Part shown: piece after piece, positions 13,230 through 28,439 of the stretch
Position numbering within the stretch: position 1 is the first letter of the stretch
Layout: each line of letters starts with the position of its first letter
Source: Botryllus schlosseri
Lineage: Eukaryota
Direction: 5' to 3'
Assembly: GCA_051294905.1 (NCBI GenBank)
Contig: CM119386.1
Coordinates: 5,890,001 to 5,954,000 of the forward strand
DNA: 64,000 nt
Made by a program: the position numbers and the translations under genes
The notes under the pieces: generated by a model
The model's input: only the letters and a program-made list of their open reading frames with translations
Told to the model about the DNA's origin: nothing
The model's database searches: none

Positions 13230-16200
13230 CCATGGTTGCACCAGCATATATGTATTAAGTATTAGGTATGTATGTATACTAGTATACTATTAACCGGTCG
13301 AAAGAGAGAAAAAAATCGTAATGGTATCAAAGAACGATACATGTACATTGTACAAATGCAATTATAGATATGGAACAGAAGAAAACATTACTACCAGCCG
13401 AATATTACTATACTAAACCCTGAAAAGCTTACACAGATTTACCTCCAATAGTTTATTTGTTTTCATGTGAAAGAGTCTTCGAATTAAATGAATTATGCTG
13501 CAATAAACGTATGGCCTTGTAAACAATATTCAAGTTTTGTACCGCCAGTCAACTATTCAGGTTTTCATTACTGTAAATTCCCATTATTATACGCCGCATG
13601 TTTAGATTGCTCGGTTGTGGTGTTCGCCACGTGTAAGGAGTGATTCACGGCATTCAGAAATTTGAATGCAAAGTTTGCAGCTTTCACCTAGGCTAGATTG
13701 ATATCACCGGCCTTTCTCAATACCGCACCATACTGCAACGCTGATTACCCATAATACATTACCTGTCACCTTAATGACAGTAATTTGACTTAGCCATCGA
13801 AATCATTAGAATCGCATGATCATATGTGATGTCAATTGTCTTTGGTGCTATATCGCCAGTAGAACATTGTGTATACAACAACTGCCATTTGGTATCAATA
13901 ATATTGAGGTGAATATCACGTTGCCCTCCACATGATATGCGTGAGCTAAAATCCGACGGGCGTCGATTTGATTTTTGTTACGCGTTATTTGTCACTTGAT
14001 ATTTTAAAGAGCTTGATTTGTCAAGGGCTAACAAATATTGTTATGACAAAACTATTCTGTCATCTGTAGACATCACAGCTTTAATCGTTTGATTGCGCCA
14101 ATTACTGCATTATACGATAATCGTGACAGATTACACTTCGAATGCAATCGATTATGACCCATAAAACCACAATTACTATACTTCTGAGTCACTTTGACCA
14201 GATATTTGTCAAGTTCATCGAGTAATAAATATACGAGTTCGAATTAGTTTTGCCGAATTGAAAGCATTCTAATCCAAGATGGGGTGGGCCCAAACCTGAC
14301 AATATTGACTGACAATATCTTAGCTCGAAAACTACTAAAAAATTTTAAATCGTTGAATGGTCGTGTGGACATTGGTCCCTACACTGAAGACTGAAATATT
14401 TTCCAATGACCCGACCCCGAAATGCGGACTTACACCTCTGATTGGAAGCATACCCGGCCAGTTGTTGATTGTCAGAAAAATCATTTGGAATGTTTGTGAT
14501 TATGGAACCGATTATTTGACGATTTTTGCGTAATCGCAAATCAGTGTTCAAATAATATCTCCGCCCCTGTATATATGTAGCGCAAGCGTGTACTCACCAG
14601 CTACATACGAAGTTTACCGTGTCGTCACGACGCAGATAAAATCTACAAGATACCATCCGCGTTTATTATTCGCGGCTTGGTGTTCCCGGGCACATGCTTT
14701 TGATGTATTTTAAATTGTCGTGATCGCGCGGTCTGGGCTGAAAAACAGAATTATCTGAGAAACAAAACCAAATTGATTTGCTGACTGGATTTAACATGCT
14801 CCGCACAATAGATTGTTTATTGTTTCTATTTTTGAGTGAGATTGTGTCAACAAAAGAAATCCTCAATCCGCGGAACGAGGCGAGAAGTTTTTCGCGCTCG
14901 GGTGTCGATTGACAACGGCGATTGTGACGGAATCGTGTTTTTCTTCGAAATAGCTCTCTTTCTCTCAGATATTTTTTCCGCGTCCATTTTTTTCGCTCCT
15001 CGAATCTCGCCGCTGTCACCGCCACGAAAAGTATCGGCACTTGTCAGCCAGTAATCTCCTCCAGTATATCCGCTGGCTTATTGTCTCAATTACCTGGATT
15101 ATGGTATTTGTTCTCGGCATCGTTTACGAACCTGGTGCCTTAATCGGTTCAGAGCGCAAGTCTCCATATATTTTCGTGATAGAGTCGTCCTGAACTAGCG
15201 GAAGTTGAGCGTCTGGGCGGAAATACGACATTCGGACATAGGCATTCCCTTTTTACCTTGTTTAGGAGGCCCTTCTTTCTTAAAAGATCTTGTCTGTTCT
15301 GTCGGTTCGCGCAAAAGAAGGAACGCGTCTCAAATCTGACACATCACATACATTTATGGGAGTATTTTCAGAACATGGCATTGAAAATATCCACGGATCC
15401 ATCCATTTTGTGGTGTTATACCTTGTTACGTTTCCGTGTACTTTTCCACCATAAAGAAGAGAAAACCGCGGTGCGGGCGCGCTGATGTTATTTGTCGACT
15501 TACTTATAAAATTCCTTTCTTACGCAATAAATGTCTTCTTTTTGTCAGTCATATCGCTTATCGTTCTTACAACCTGAGTGCAACGGGATGTGTAGTAATC
15601 GCATTTGCGTTAGCTATAAGCACATCCACTACTATCTTACAGAGAGCTTCCGATAAAGAGAAATGAAATATACGCAAATATAAGTGTTAATTGGTCACGT
15701 CATCAACCCGAATACGTGATGCCGTTTGAAGTCCTATTGTCTTTGCTGAACAATTTGGCGATGCACTGAATGGTATCTGATGATATTAAGACCGGATATT
15801 ATAATAAGATTTATATAATAAATACATTTTATGGCTACCATATATGACGTTTTCTATCACTCAAACGACTTTATACTCAATTTGAGTCATGAATAGCCAT
15901 TAGAAGGATAAGTAGTTGGATATGCAGACTCGCCGCGCAGTCGTCTTCGCGCAAGCCAATTTCCACTTACCAAAATGCCTTCGATAATTCGATTCTAAAA
16001 TTTTCGTAATCGCCCGTGCATACTTCAGTGAAATCGTTTCCCGGCACAATTTCCAATCTGAATGTACAACACCTGTCAATCATCGGCGCGGAGCGATATG
16101 ATTCCCACATCAAAGATGTTTAGTAATCTTCACCACTCATGACAAGTCAGTCTGACTATCTTGTTACTGAATTATTTGCCTTACTCACCTATGACTTCTA

Positions 16201-16782
16201 CTCCCCATTGTTTTGCTCTTCAGCCTCTGGGTGCTACTGTGATATACTTAAGCTCCGTGTTATGTTCGGCGTGACGCGATGGGGACGCAGCCAGATTTCG
16301 CACCTGATGTAAGCCAGTAATGCATCAATATTCTTTATGTATGACGTGGTAATTTATGGTGGGTTACGGGCTATTAACATTGTGAGTCGTTGACATACGC
16401 CATATTTTCATACCCCAGAAGAATCCACATTTTTTCGTCCCTCGACGAATCAGTTGCGATTTCAAAATTTACCAATATGATTGGTGTCATCACGAGTTAG
16501 TGGTATCAAAAGATGTTGATTTGCCGAAAAGGAACACAGCCACTCTCACGTTTGCATTCCCATGCGTTGCCCATTAACATTTAGTCACTGCATAAGTTTT
16601 AAAGCTGTAGCAACACTATAGTAAGCTATGTATCGGTACGACATGTATATGAGCTGAAACATTGACAAATGTCGTAACAAACTTCTAGGTGATCAGCATA
16701 CAAAATTAACGTGCACTACGGGATACATGCGCGGACATGATTGAAGTAAACATTGAGAGGATTATCGGTTGCAATTTGCTGT

Positions 16783-16981
16783 ATATCGGACGTGAAAGTA
16801 TCGTCCGAAGTGATTGAAGTAGGATCGAGTTCTAAGGTGATCGCAGTTTGATTGGAAATAGTTAAAATGTCATTTCAAAGATTTTAAAGTCATGTTCTGA
16901 CGATATTCAAGCACACTGCGATCAAACTAAGCCCATCGATCCTACTTAAATGATTTCGGAAAATAGATTCTTGTCCGATGT
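16783..16981. repeat. Foldback / MITE-like element with about 70-bp inverted arms
   Basis: The arm at 16783-16850 is an imperfect reverse complement of 16912-16981 (core aagtaggatcga...tgatcgcagt), around an AT-rich spacer. Confidence 0.7.
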
Positions 16982-19900
16982 CCGGCCCAACCAATTTCTT
17001 ATCATTCGGCAGATATACAGTTATTTCACACCAATAGAAGTAAACTTGCATGATGCCAGCGACTATTTATCTCGTATGGGTCCTTGATATGGTGATCATT
17101 CCGTAAAATATGATACAGCTGATGTAATGTTGTCATATCCCTGTAAATCTTGCGAATCCATGCAATTCTTGCTCCTAATTTCTCTGAATATGCAGGTCTC
17201 ATCCACAACATCAGCGCGAACGCGTGAGAATGGTCGTAGCGTATACTCAATTTTGGCTTCCTAATAGAGAAATTACGTATTTGGCAGCGGTTCAACGTCA
17301 ATCAATCATCCTATTTTATCAATCTGTCACATTCTATAGTTGTTTTCGAGGGGTGTCGTATACCGACGGGATCTTGGATTTTCCACCTCAGACCCTATCC
17401 CATTGGCAAAATATGACAAAGAATCCATTGTTGTTACGTAAAGCAAATTTGCTACCTATGCAAATTGGTTTGATGTAAAACAACCCTTGGTACACCTTCA
17501 ATCCAATTGTCGTATGTAGTTTTCCAAAGCTTATCCTATGCGTTGTGTATGATATATTTCATGTATTATATCGTTGATGCATCATCTCAGTACATAGTTC
17601 ACCCATCTTAGTACCTTCTGTGTTTTCCTCGTCGAAAACGACCCATATGTCTGGTCTGTGATTGTTTGTTCCCGGATGACTTGAACACGTAAGGGAGTTG
17701 TTGCTCGTTTTGGCCGATTTGTTTTCACCGAACCAATGTTGACACCGGGCTACCATACGGTCCCTCGCACAATAATTTGCAGGGATGATTGGTGTTATCA
17801 TATCGCGAGTACTAAATCCTCCGTATGAAATACATTGCTTGTGAAAATAGTCTCAGCAGTAGTCGAGGGTCTGCTTTTCGATTTATTATGACCGGTTTTC
17901 GAGCTTTGTCTCGTAACGCGAACTGATATGCCGCACTGTATCTGTCACCTTGAGTGATTGATGTTCTTATCGTCATATGCTTAGATTGCGTATATACATT
18001 ATGTCATGATCATTGGACGTTCAGTAACCTACTCATTAGACTGATTTTTATGGACATCCCAGCAACAAATCTTGAAACTTGAATCTAAAAATGCCCCAAA
18101 AGAACTGTTGGGGAGCAGTTCACTTTCTTCATTATAATGACATGAATAAACCGTGTTTTTAAAAATACGGTGTAGGAGAAATAGATGGCTTGTTTGAAGT
18201 ATATAGACGGAGGTTGCATTGCAAGCCGTCCATATTACTAGTCTTGTCATATTGCTTCGGAATAATATTGTTGATCCAATCAATGATAGTGGGTACTTCT
18301 CCTCTCGTGCAAAAAGAGAAAATATCCCAATAAATGTAGGTAACTTCGTTAGCTTGTTAGTTTTACTGGGAATCACGGTCACTTAATGATCATGTGAGAT
18401 TCTCATATTCTAAGTGTTAAGTGTTGTAGTCACTAATCGTGAATTACTTGATTTTATTCCCGAAAGAAGGAATGATGAAACTAACTGTTATTGCTTTGTT
18501 ACCATACTATATCTTCTGTACATCTGCTTATTGGATTAATATTCTACCCCTTCCGCAGTTTCCTTACTAAACGCGTTTGGAATGTGAAATAAAAATAATA
18601 TTGGCGACCTAGTTTTTTGGCGGGTTTCTGATTGGTATGATTTTGAATTCTATCTGGGTACCTTTGTTACGAGTCATGCGATAGATATTACGACCGTTTC
18701 CCTAATTAATGTAGGAAGGTATGTTTTTCGGTTGTCTTGTCATGGGCATTGCGCATTAATGTGATTGGAATTTGTTCACGATGTCTTCAAGGAGTTGAAA
18801 TGATTGAACTGCTAAAATATTGTATATTTATCATCGATTGTCGCGGCGATGTGAGCGGATGAAAGATTGACGCAAAGTAACCCAAACAACCGGATCCTAA
18901 CCAGATATTCCATGTCAGATGCGGTCTTAATTGTGGTAACTATATGCAGATTTTATAACGTTTTCTAAAGCACTACTTTGTTTTTCGCACTTCGCTATCT
19001 CAATGTTCACTCCTTTAGCCATTGCCTCAAAATATTTTTATATTGACGGACAGTCCATTTAAAATTTTAGAATGTAATGTTGTAGGCTTTGCGTTACCTG
19101 GTAAACGCTGGATGAGCCCATCATTTCGACAAGATGTTTTGTTGCCGAAATAAGGTCTGTATATGTTCTCAGCCCTCCTACGATGCAAATGTACAAACGA
19201 ATTGTTCACCAATGTAAAAGGGTGTGGTTTCACGTTACCATGGATTACCACAAAGCAAACTTGAAATAATATATCTACATATAAAGATACGATTCGCCCG
19301 TTGACACTGGAAAGTGATCCACTGACGTAAAACCTATATTACTTTCGATTACAGTTCATTAGAATGAAAAATGTTGCTTATTTATTTTGTATTAGAAGCC
19401 GTGCTAGTGAGTGGTACATTCTATTCGAATGAAGTACTTTCTGAAATTGGCCTCTGACCTTATTTTTACGCGTTGATTGGATTTATGAGTCATCCGACCT
19501 AGATTCGAGTGGATATAATTTGCGAATCTTGCGGAAAATGGCGGAAGACAGCGACATGAATTTGAACCCTCTCCAACAAATCATTTTTAAAGCGGTAATT
19601 ATTCGTTGTTTATAGTATAGGAAGATGCGGAACGGAGTTCACGTATATCTCGTCGACAATATCCGTAGCTTGCCCATTACATAATTACTAATATCGTCGG
19701 CTCGCTTGTGGTATCCCAGTCGTCGAGGTCCTTGAATTCACGTGATTTTACAATCTCCAAAAATGGGCTGGCTGGTGTTGATTGCACAATGCACATAATC
19801 GCGCCATACTGTTGAAACGTTTCAGAAGCCCAAACGCGATACCAGGCGCTCGGCCACGCGCAAGGGAGGAAATATTCTCGCTTGATATCTCAGCGGAGAC

Positions 19901-22900
19901 CGCGCGAATTCTCGCAGTAATTACTGCCACCAATCGTCGACATTTGACATGACAATTGCGTTATCCAACGCAAGAGTGCTTGTAAAGATATCCCGTGGCC
20001 GCGTACTCACGGCCTGGTATTTTTCAATGATTTGAATATCGGCTCCGAACTGTCTGTGATGTTGATAACTGCGCTAATATCAGGGAGGCGATTGTAACTC
20101 ACTCGCTATCGGCGGAATTATCCGGGTTGGACCGCATTCAATAGTTTTTGCTCCAGCTGTCGCATAAGAATCTGCATCCAGATATAATAGTGTCGCGGCC
20201 TAGGTAGTATCGGGGCCTATGATACTGTAAGAAAGGCCACATGAAATTCCATCACGAATTCTTCACCGACATTGGTGTGCGTGCATAATACGCACACCAA
20301 GAATTATTTAACCACTGCATAACGGTGTCCTACCCCATACTATAAGCAGGTCGAACCGACAGCTGAACAGATTTTCACTACAATAAAAAGATCGTCCCTG
20401 TAGCTTCAGCTAACTACGGAATCATTCTATAACATTTCCAACGCGGCGACTAGCTCAAAAACTTCACCTCAAACGTGAGAGGTCTGGTAAAGAGTAGTTC
20501 AATCACGTTACTGTAGCTTGCCTAATACTATAAGATGGTAAAAACGGCAGCTCAAAACATCGCAGCCTACCTTCAACTCGAACACTCGCTTGCATAACGC
20601 CAATACCCCTGGTATAAGAAGCGAAAGCAAAACAATCGCCGATTGTCACGTCAAGAGGAATCGTCGAATCAAAAGGATCGCCTCTACAGTGTCAGGCGTA
20701 ATAGCGAATTTCTGTTTGTGAGCGTCGGCCTGTTAGCTCTTGCAAGTGTAATATGCCATTTATAGGGCCGTGAATATCGTAGGCCCCGGTAGTATTTATC
20801 TTCATATCGATCGACGTTAACACTTGTATATTGTATCGTATAGGGTGGATATTCTTCTCCACCATCTCGATATACATGAATGGCAACTTGTGTCTTCAAT
20901 CTGAGGGGGATTTGTCATATCGCAGTCAAATTTGGGATTGGCTGTTCAACTGCGGCACTTTTCGTTGATAATGAACTCTTACTTTTAAGAAGTAGGAAAG
21001 TACTGTTCCATTCGCGCTGTTCTTATAATCTACTTATTTTCCCAAGGATTGTTAGTACAAATTGTGAATTCTCGTGGCTTTTACCATTATTCCTTCGATA
21101 GATTTTGGAAGGAATCTATTGCGTGACCATTCTGTTTTACGAATCTTTCCCCGAAATCACATAAGCATTTGCATACATCAAAGGATTGGTATTCTGGAAG
21201 AGACTCTGTCCTTTTTTGAGTAATTAGTCTCAACATTGTTTTTCAACGATTTTATCAGCTCTCACACGTAGGCGCTCGGAGGATTAGTGCTGCGGCGAGA
21301 TACATTACCGTACGCTTTCGCTGTAAATGCCTGCATAAAAGAGTAACCAAGCAGTCATAATAAAGCGATTCAAATGATGTGCGACGACGCTTATCTTCTA
21401 ACTGATCGTGACCTTTTGACCGTCGCTGTTGTGCTACAATATAAGGAAAGCAAACTTCGCGTCATAATACACCTCGATGGAAACTGCGCTTTATTATTAG
21501 ATCTAGCAAGCAAACTTACAAACAACTTTGCTGCTATAATTGTGGAATTTGTTGTTGAGCAACTTCTGTTGCAAATAGAAACACAAATAAAACTTACAAC
21601 CATCCATTTAGAGAAGCAGCCTTACATCCAGTTTACAAAATCATTGCCAAGCGGGCGTTACCTGCATCAATACAGCCCCCAAATCTCAAGACCAAGAAGC
21701 CGTGTGATTGAGATAGCGATCGCTATCATTAATGTCACGCTATAGATCAGTATCTGCAGTTAACTGATCTGTAGTCACGCGAAGGGCAATTGGGCCAGTA
21801 GCATTGACCTACGCCCTTCGTGGTTTTTGCGTCGCACGACACTTTTGACATGTGTCTACTGGGTGAGATTGGCACTTGGCGAGATAACGTCACGTCCGCC
21901 GGCTTGATGACGCAAATGCGTGCGAGATTATCTTGAGGTCACAATGTGACTGGGGCTGATCAAAAGAAGTAATTCGATTGTGGTGTATCAAGAAGCATAA
22001 TGCAGTTTGGATTGTTGGTATGAATGTTACTTACTTACGCTGTGAAGTCTATTCCTTGTTCATCGCGCGAAGCATTATTCGATACTAAATGCTCAGGAGC
22101 GATGCTACTGTTCAAACATTATGCCACAGTATCATTGACGTAACTCCGTTTGCAATTTGAAAATTGACAACTCAAATTCTACTCGCAACAAGCGACAAGA
22201 TATACCTGCAGGAAAATGACACTGCATTAAAGTATTTCGTGATATCGTGCGCATTTTGGTGAAGGTCTCGTTACTCCTGTTAGAACTGCCAATGTGTGTC
22301 TCAATTTTGAAGAAAATTCGTAAAGTGACAAGCGCTTCGGCACCGGTATCGTCGTTGTTGTCGAGAGCTGCAAATTCTTCAGATACCGCGAAAAGCTACA
22401 CTTGAAGGGGTCTCGCCGCTCGGATTTTCGCCTGGAAATCGTACGGTCTGCACGCTAAATATCTCGGCCGAGACTTGCTCGACATAACAGGAAGCCCGCT
22501 AGGCTGATGATACTGGAATGGGGGAATATCCGCCAAATGAGTTTCGGTAATGGCTCTGCGGAAGAACCGCGCTCTGCCTTCCCGGATTTACTAACAACAC
22601 CACTGTTACACTCAAGTCAACAAATTAGCAGTTACAATACTGTAGTTGATCGTTACGTTTACAGTTGGGCATGCTACTCCCGTATTCTTTGATTGTCTTC
22701 GATTCTACGATCTGATGTTATGTATGCATTCTTCGGATGCCTGCAGACCGATGTTGTCTTTCAACAACAACGAAATGTGATACGGAATTTGATTTTATCA
22801 AACAACCCATACGGTCGCCAAACGATATAACGATATCCCCAAATTAAAATGTTGGAACCCGAGAACCATTCGTATCCAATGTGCGAGGGTGCATATTTCG

Positions 22901-25900
22901 TCGAAAAGTATACTTTGAGTTATGACTTATGGGCCTATTGCCGGTATCTAAACGTATCTATCAAGTATATCTCTCGACGTACGCTGTAGTTGTCCGTTTA
23001 GTTTTGAACAGACTTCTCAAAATTGGATTGCGTATATTTTTTATTCACATATCAATCGTGTCCGAGAGCTGATTTTCAAAATAATATCTTTACTTCGCCG
23101 CTTGCTGTGTCTGAAGTATCCGATACTCTTACTTAATGGTATAGCTCTGCTGATATGACCCAGAAATCGCTAACCAAGTCTTACAGGCTACCATACCATG
23201 CGAACCTGAATTGTCCATACCTACGAAAATGTGCGTCTTTTATATTAATTCGTAATTCCCAAAACATGGGATGATGTCATACTTCCCCCGTATATGTATA
23301 TTTGGAAAAATTATCTATTGGTAGGTCGTATGTTTGAGCTCCGTCCGAAACAGACCGAAAAAACTTATGATATGTGAAGGTGGTATCCAATCCACGGCTT
23401 CCCTGCTAGGCGGTCAATGAGGCGAGGGAATGTGGTGATGCTGACACGATAACATCGCAGTTCCTTCACATCTCTCAGGTCCGAGCACCACGGTGGTGCA
23501 GTTCCTTTACTTCACACTATTATAATCCATCTAATACTATCGCTGGTTAGGATGTATGAAAGGAGATACATTCCGAGGAACAGCCGAACATTGTTCATAA
23601 CAAATACACGTCATTATTACAAAGTGGTATTGCTGTCTCGAGATCTATAGGCGCCGTGCCTTATCTAACGCCTACTTCTGAATTGACTTTCTGAATTGAC
23701 GAATTTAGAACTGAAGAAACCACACCGCAGAGTCTATGGATTTCCACGTGAAGAAATTGTTTGTGAGCAATACAATATATGGTGTGAGAGTTACCTAATG
23801 GAAAACATGTTTTCCGTCGCTATTTAATCCCATGTCTCGGTTTCTTTGTTCCGCGACGCACCAATTTAAACAATCTTCTGACAAAACTCCTGCATACAGA
23901 CACGCGAACAATTGATGTTATTTCCCGATCGGCCGCATCATGATTCTCGCGCGAAGCTGATCCACGTGCTTCGCGTACGCTGCTTTGAAACGTCATGGAC
24001 CGGCATCCTGTATAGCAGGGTTTCCCCAATTGCACGTTGCCGATATCAATTTATCACAAAGTATATAGGCTACTACACATTACACTTTGAAACTATTGAA
24101 CGCTCCGTATGTATAATTTACATACTCTCTGATCAGTACTAATAATATGTAATGCCCCGAATTTTGTTCTGTTGAAAATGATTATTGCAGTTTGATTGAC
24201 AGATAACCGGTGACATTTTGTTAACTGGATCGTCGCATATTCAATGCAGTGAAGTAGCTTGTGATAATACTGGTAACAACCATAAAATATGGTATGGGGA
24301 TATAAAATTGTGCACTGGGTATATCGTAAAATTTAAACAAACAACGTTAGGTTTTTTTGCTCTTCGCTCAATCATTGCAAGAAACAGATTGCGATGTGGG
24401 CCATCCTGGTAGAATGCGATTGATGAGCCTGCCTCTACTGATGAATGAAATATATTGACCAAATTATTATTATTTCCCAATTCATTTTATCCGTCTGAAG
24501 TTGAATTTATTTTTATTCCGCCCTGTGTTTTTATATTATTCGAAAACCACCTTAAAATAACTGGGAGAATGAAAGAGCTCGCTAGCAAAAAAAGTGTGGG
24601 CAACGCTAATGGGACCGACATATCGTAAATCCTGAGTCATGTTTGCGTTGGGCAGTGCTGATCGCATTGACTGACGTCAGTGGATTTGAGTCACCCCCGT
24701 TCACACATTTTCAGAGGATGGTTTGCGATCATGGGAAAGATACTGCGATTTCACGAGATACAATGGTAATTTCACCATATTTGCGTATACAGCTCCATCA
24801 TATAATCTGGAACTAAGCGTATTACGCAGATATGTTTTTACAACAACTACAAACATTTTAAAGACCGTGTTTCCGCGACCAGTGCAATATATATACCACG
24901 TACCACTATACACACCAGTGAGGTTGTGCAAAGTTTCTTTGCCGCACGCCTGATCTACGACGTACTCAGCCCGGCCCCTCTGAAGGCATTTACCCCATGG
25001 CGCGGATTGTGTAGCGATAAAACTTTTAATTTACCATTCGTGTAATTCTTTGCATTTTCCTTCACGATGTTCTAAATGCCACCGTAATCGCGTCGAGAGA
25101 TGTAAATCAGATTGTATCATATGTTATGTATGTCACATTGTCACATGCATGTTTTGAGATTGGAAATTTTATCTGTGTCGCGTTCGGTTGCTGTATCTTA
25201 TATACCGTACTTGGTTTGATGCCCGGCTTGACGCAATCTCTTTTTATTGGTCGCTGCGAAGGAGCGAAGAATTTCTTGTTTCTATTTTCAAGGCGACCTT
25301 GAATAAATTTAACCATCTTAACTCAACCCTAATATAATCTCGATACAGGCCCACCGTTTCTTTCGTATTTCTGATTTCCTGTGTGAAACAGAGATCGGTT
25401 TTTCGACGGCTGTTGCATTAGGGATGATCCCTTATCTAATTCGCAGCGCCTTCTAACCATAGGGCGTCTTAAATTTCCTTCGGTTACCGCTTTACCTGGT
25501 ATTCTTCCATTAAGCGACGGGAAAATGCAGCTCGTTAAATAACTGCCACCCGAACCTGACATTCCATGCTTTCAACCACCTTGTGGCTCTGTTTTCGAAA
25601 CGATCGTGTTTTCCGTCTCGTTTAGATATAGCCTAACCCAGACGCTAACTGACCCGTTACCACCTGCAGAATAATCTTTCGAAAAGATTAGATTGCCGGA
25701 TTGTTATTGCTCAAAAAACAACAACTGAAACCATGCTATCTCTCTTACTAGTTAGGCCGATTGTTTATTGCGGCAAAGTTCGACACAAGGGCCGTGCGAG
25801 GGGTACATATTAGCTTTTCAGTTGATGAGCTATATTCCATCCCGGCATGACCGCAAAGATAATATAGTGGAACATGTTATCCATCGTGCGCACAGCCAGG

Positions 25901-28112
25901 TATTTCTGAGAATGGAATGCATACATACTGATTAAGACGGTGGACTCTCCTTACGGCTACGACTCTGAAATTTATTGCAATAATGTCATCACCAAAGGTG
26001 GCCACTAACGTAGCATTCTACTTTTCTCGGATAGGTTTTGCCTTGTACTACTTGTTCAAGTGATAATGTATTTAAACTACTTTTACACTTTGAATGTTGC
26101 TAAGTAGAAAGTGCTTTTGAGATATGTATCCATCACGTGTTTAATTGAAGTTGTTCTAAAGACTGGGTGAAAGAGCCTCTATAACCCGGAAACTGAATAC
26201 ATTCTGGAAAATTGCTCCAATTTGCAGTGGCACTAGCCATTTTGCATTAGTCGCGAAGATGTATCCCGCTAATTCGAAATTAGCCGCCATCGATGGGCCA
26301 CTAAAAGTATGCGATGTCTGGACCAAAATTACTTTTAAAGACTACTAGCTTGAATACTTTTCAAGTCTTCATTTTCGTCTTCCTCTTTTGACATGACCTG
26401 GAAATTGCTACTTCTACTTGCACGTGAGCCGAAAATTACAATGTTATTTCTGCTCCTACTCAAGTACCAGATGTGACTACTTTTGCCATCTCTGATTATG
26501 ACACGCATCTCCATTTCTGCCACACATGATATGCTTTTCAAAGACTAAGGCCAAAGACGACACCGACACGACTGCCCAAGGTAGGGGGAACGCAGTTTAT
26601 TATTCCCCCTGCCTCATTGCGCAACAAAAAGACAACATGCCTGCAAGACAACTTATCATCCTTATTTGCAAACGATGTTCGTAGTTTTGGCAGGAATGTA
26701 TCCATTGAAATATGCCCAAATGGAGTGTACCCACGGAATCCGCTAAGCTGTTTCGCAATGCTTATTATGTCATCAACCGTCATTTAATACGCCGCGATCC
26801 GTGTGATGATCCGCGTTTGGATATATCCGTGGAATTGATTCGCCACCATTTTCGTTTATCGTACGCGGAATCCATGGCGCTTTGGCAGATTACTCGCGGT
26901 TATTTACATGTTTCGTCCGTGTGGAGCGTATCATGTTTTCACTGCTCCTTCGGTTTTCTGCAGATAAACCGAACTCGCGCTTTCTGTGTTGACCTTTCGG
27001 CTATATGTGAAGCTTTGTTACCGCCTGCCGGAGGCCCGAGCGTGTCACCCTCAATGCGCGCAATAGAGGGTGACCGACCCATTATGGGGTATGTTGTTTA
27101 CTACGATTGGTACCATTTGAAATACGATGGACCCTTTTTAGTATCAATACAATGACAAATGAGGAATTCCGGAATACCTACTTCGGTTTTAGCAACAATT
27201 TCTTCGTGAACGCTACCTTTCGGTGTCATCATGTCTTTTTCTTTATTAATACGTAATTTAGACTAAGCTAGGAGTCTTCTCAATCATACGATTTCACAAT
27301 ATTCAAGTTTTAGTATGAACTCTTTATCAGGGAGCTTATAACCGCATAATGTGGTGAGATGATAGGTAATCAGTATTTGAATTATATCCCCGCCTCAATG
27401 CGACATCACAAACACCGACGACGTCATAATAATTTGATATCAAAAATTTGACAAGCCAATCAACGATCGGCATTTCGGGTTGTTATGGGGTTTAGATGAG
27501 TGTTGGAAACACGGCGCCAATGCAAGTTCACGGATATAATATATCCGTTCAATACATAATTTGTTGTCAAAACATAATAACCAAAGATTGCATGCTCTCT
27601 GGGGCCAGGAAGTATATAGCACTGTTGTAACGCGCCTGATATTACTTGGCAATCGCGGTATCTGTAATAAGAATTTTCCATGCCACACCAGAAATGTTTT
27701 GACATGTAGTGGATTGCGGGCTATCTTGTATTGAGAACAAACAGCGTTTTCCCGTATTACGTCGGTTAGGCAATCGTATTTTCCGAATTCAAATATAGCA
27801 CAACACCAATTACGAAATAAATCTTTGTGTTACTACTTTCAGGTCCGTGGGTTTCGTACAGGTTTTTTTTAGTTCTTGCCTGTGCGAATGGATTGGGAGC
27901 AAATTCAACATAACCGTAGTGAGTTACCCGCAGTCTATCTTCCCAGAAGAAATCGACATTTGTATTATGTTGACCGAGAATCTCAATATTGAATATACCT
28001 GACATGAAATATCAAAAACTTCAGCCTAACTATAATGCGGATCCATGATCCGCTGGACCATAACTACAAGATAAGATACGAATGGCAAACAAGATGATCT
28101 GTGTGGGCGACA

Positions 28113-28439
28113 GTGGGTTACCATACGTCCTCTTTTTTGACTTTTTTGAGAGTGTCCTCGTAGGACGTCCAAATATCCTCTTTTATGAGATTTTGTCCTC
28201 TTTTTTGAGAATTTTGGTTAAATATAGGGCGAAATCCGACCGAGATACAGTTAATCAGCACTGAAGTAGCGCTACGGCGGCTCTTTTGGGAGCTGAGCGG
28301 GAAAGTTGACCTTTTTTCAGTCAACCGACCATGAAGTGCAAAAAAGTCACCATTTTTTTCAGGATTTTCCTCCGGTATTGCAAGTCTGAAATTTTGATAA
28401 AGTGTCCTCTTTTCAGATTGCCGAAATAGGGTGACCCTA
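28113..28439 (+). mobile_element. Blackjack-like hAT MITE, copy 2
   Basis: Ends GTGGGTTACCATA / TAGGGTGACCCTA; collinear with 8826-9193. Confidence 0.85.

Noticed and set aside
17559-17801. HRPDIWVV, resembling the RPD motif of restriction-like endonuclease retroelements
   Set aside because: The downstream E/D-x-T-x-P motif is absent; isolated short match.
20272-20300. Perfect 11-bp hairpin, and a 9-bp one at 41218-41242
   Set aside because: Near chance expectation for 64 kb; no CTRR Helitron end follows.
21374-21745. 123-aa ORF containing QFTKSL (WWOX-like PFTKS), followed by hairpins
   Set aside because: No donor follows the motif and there is no other WWOX similarity; a few ORFs this long are expected by chance.
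21778-21822. GC-rich 45-nt hairpin followed by a T run (miRNA- or terminator-like)
   Set aside because: Too short, with a 3-nt loop and no basal stem, for a pre-miRNA; an intrinsic terminator has no meaning in this context.
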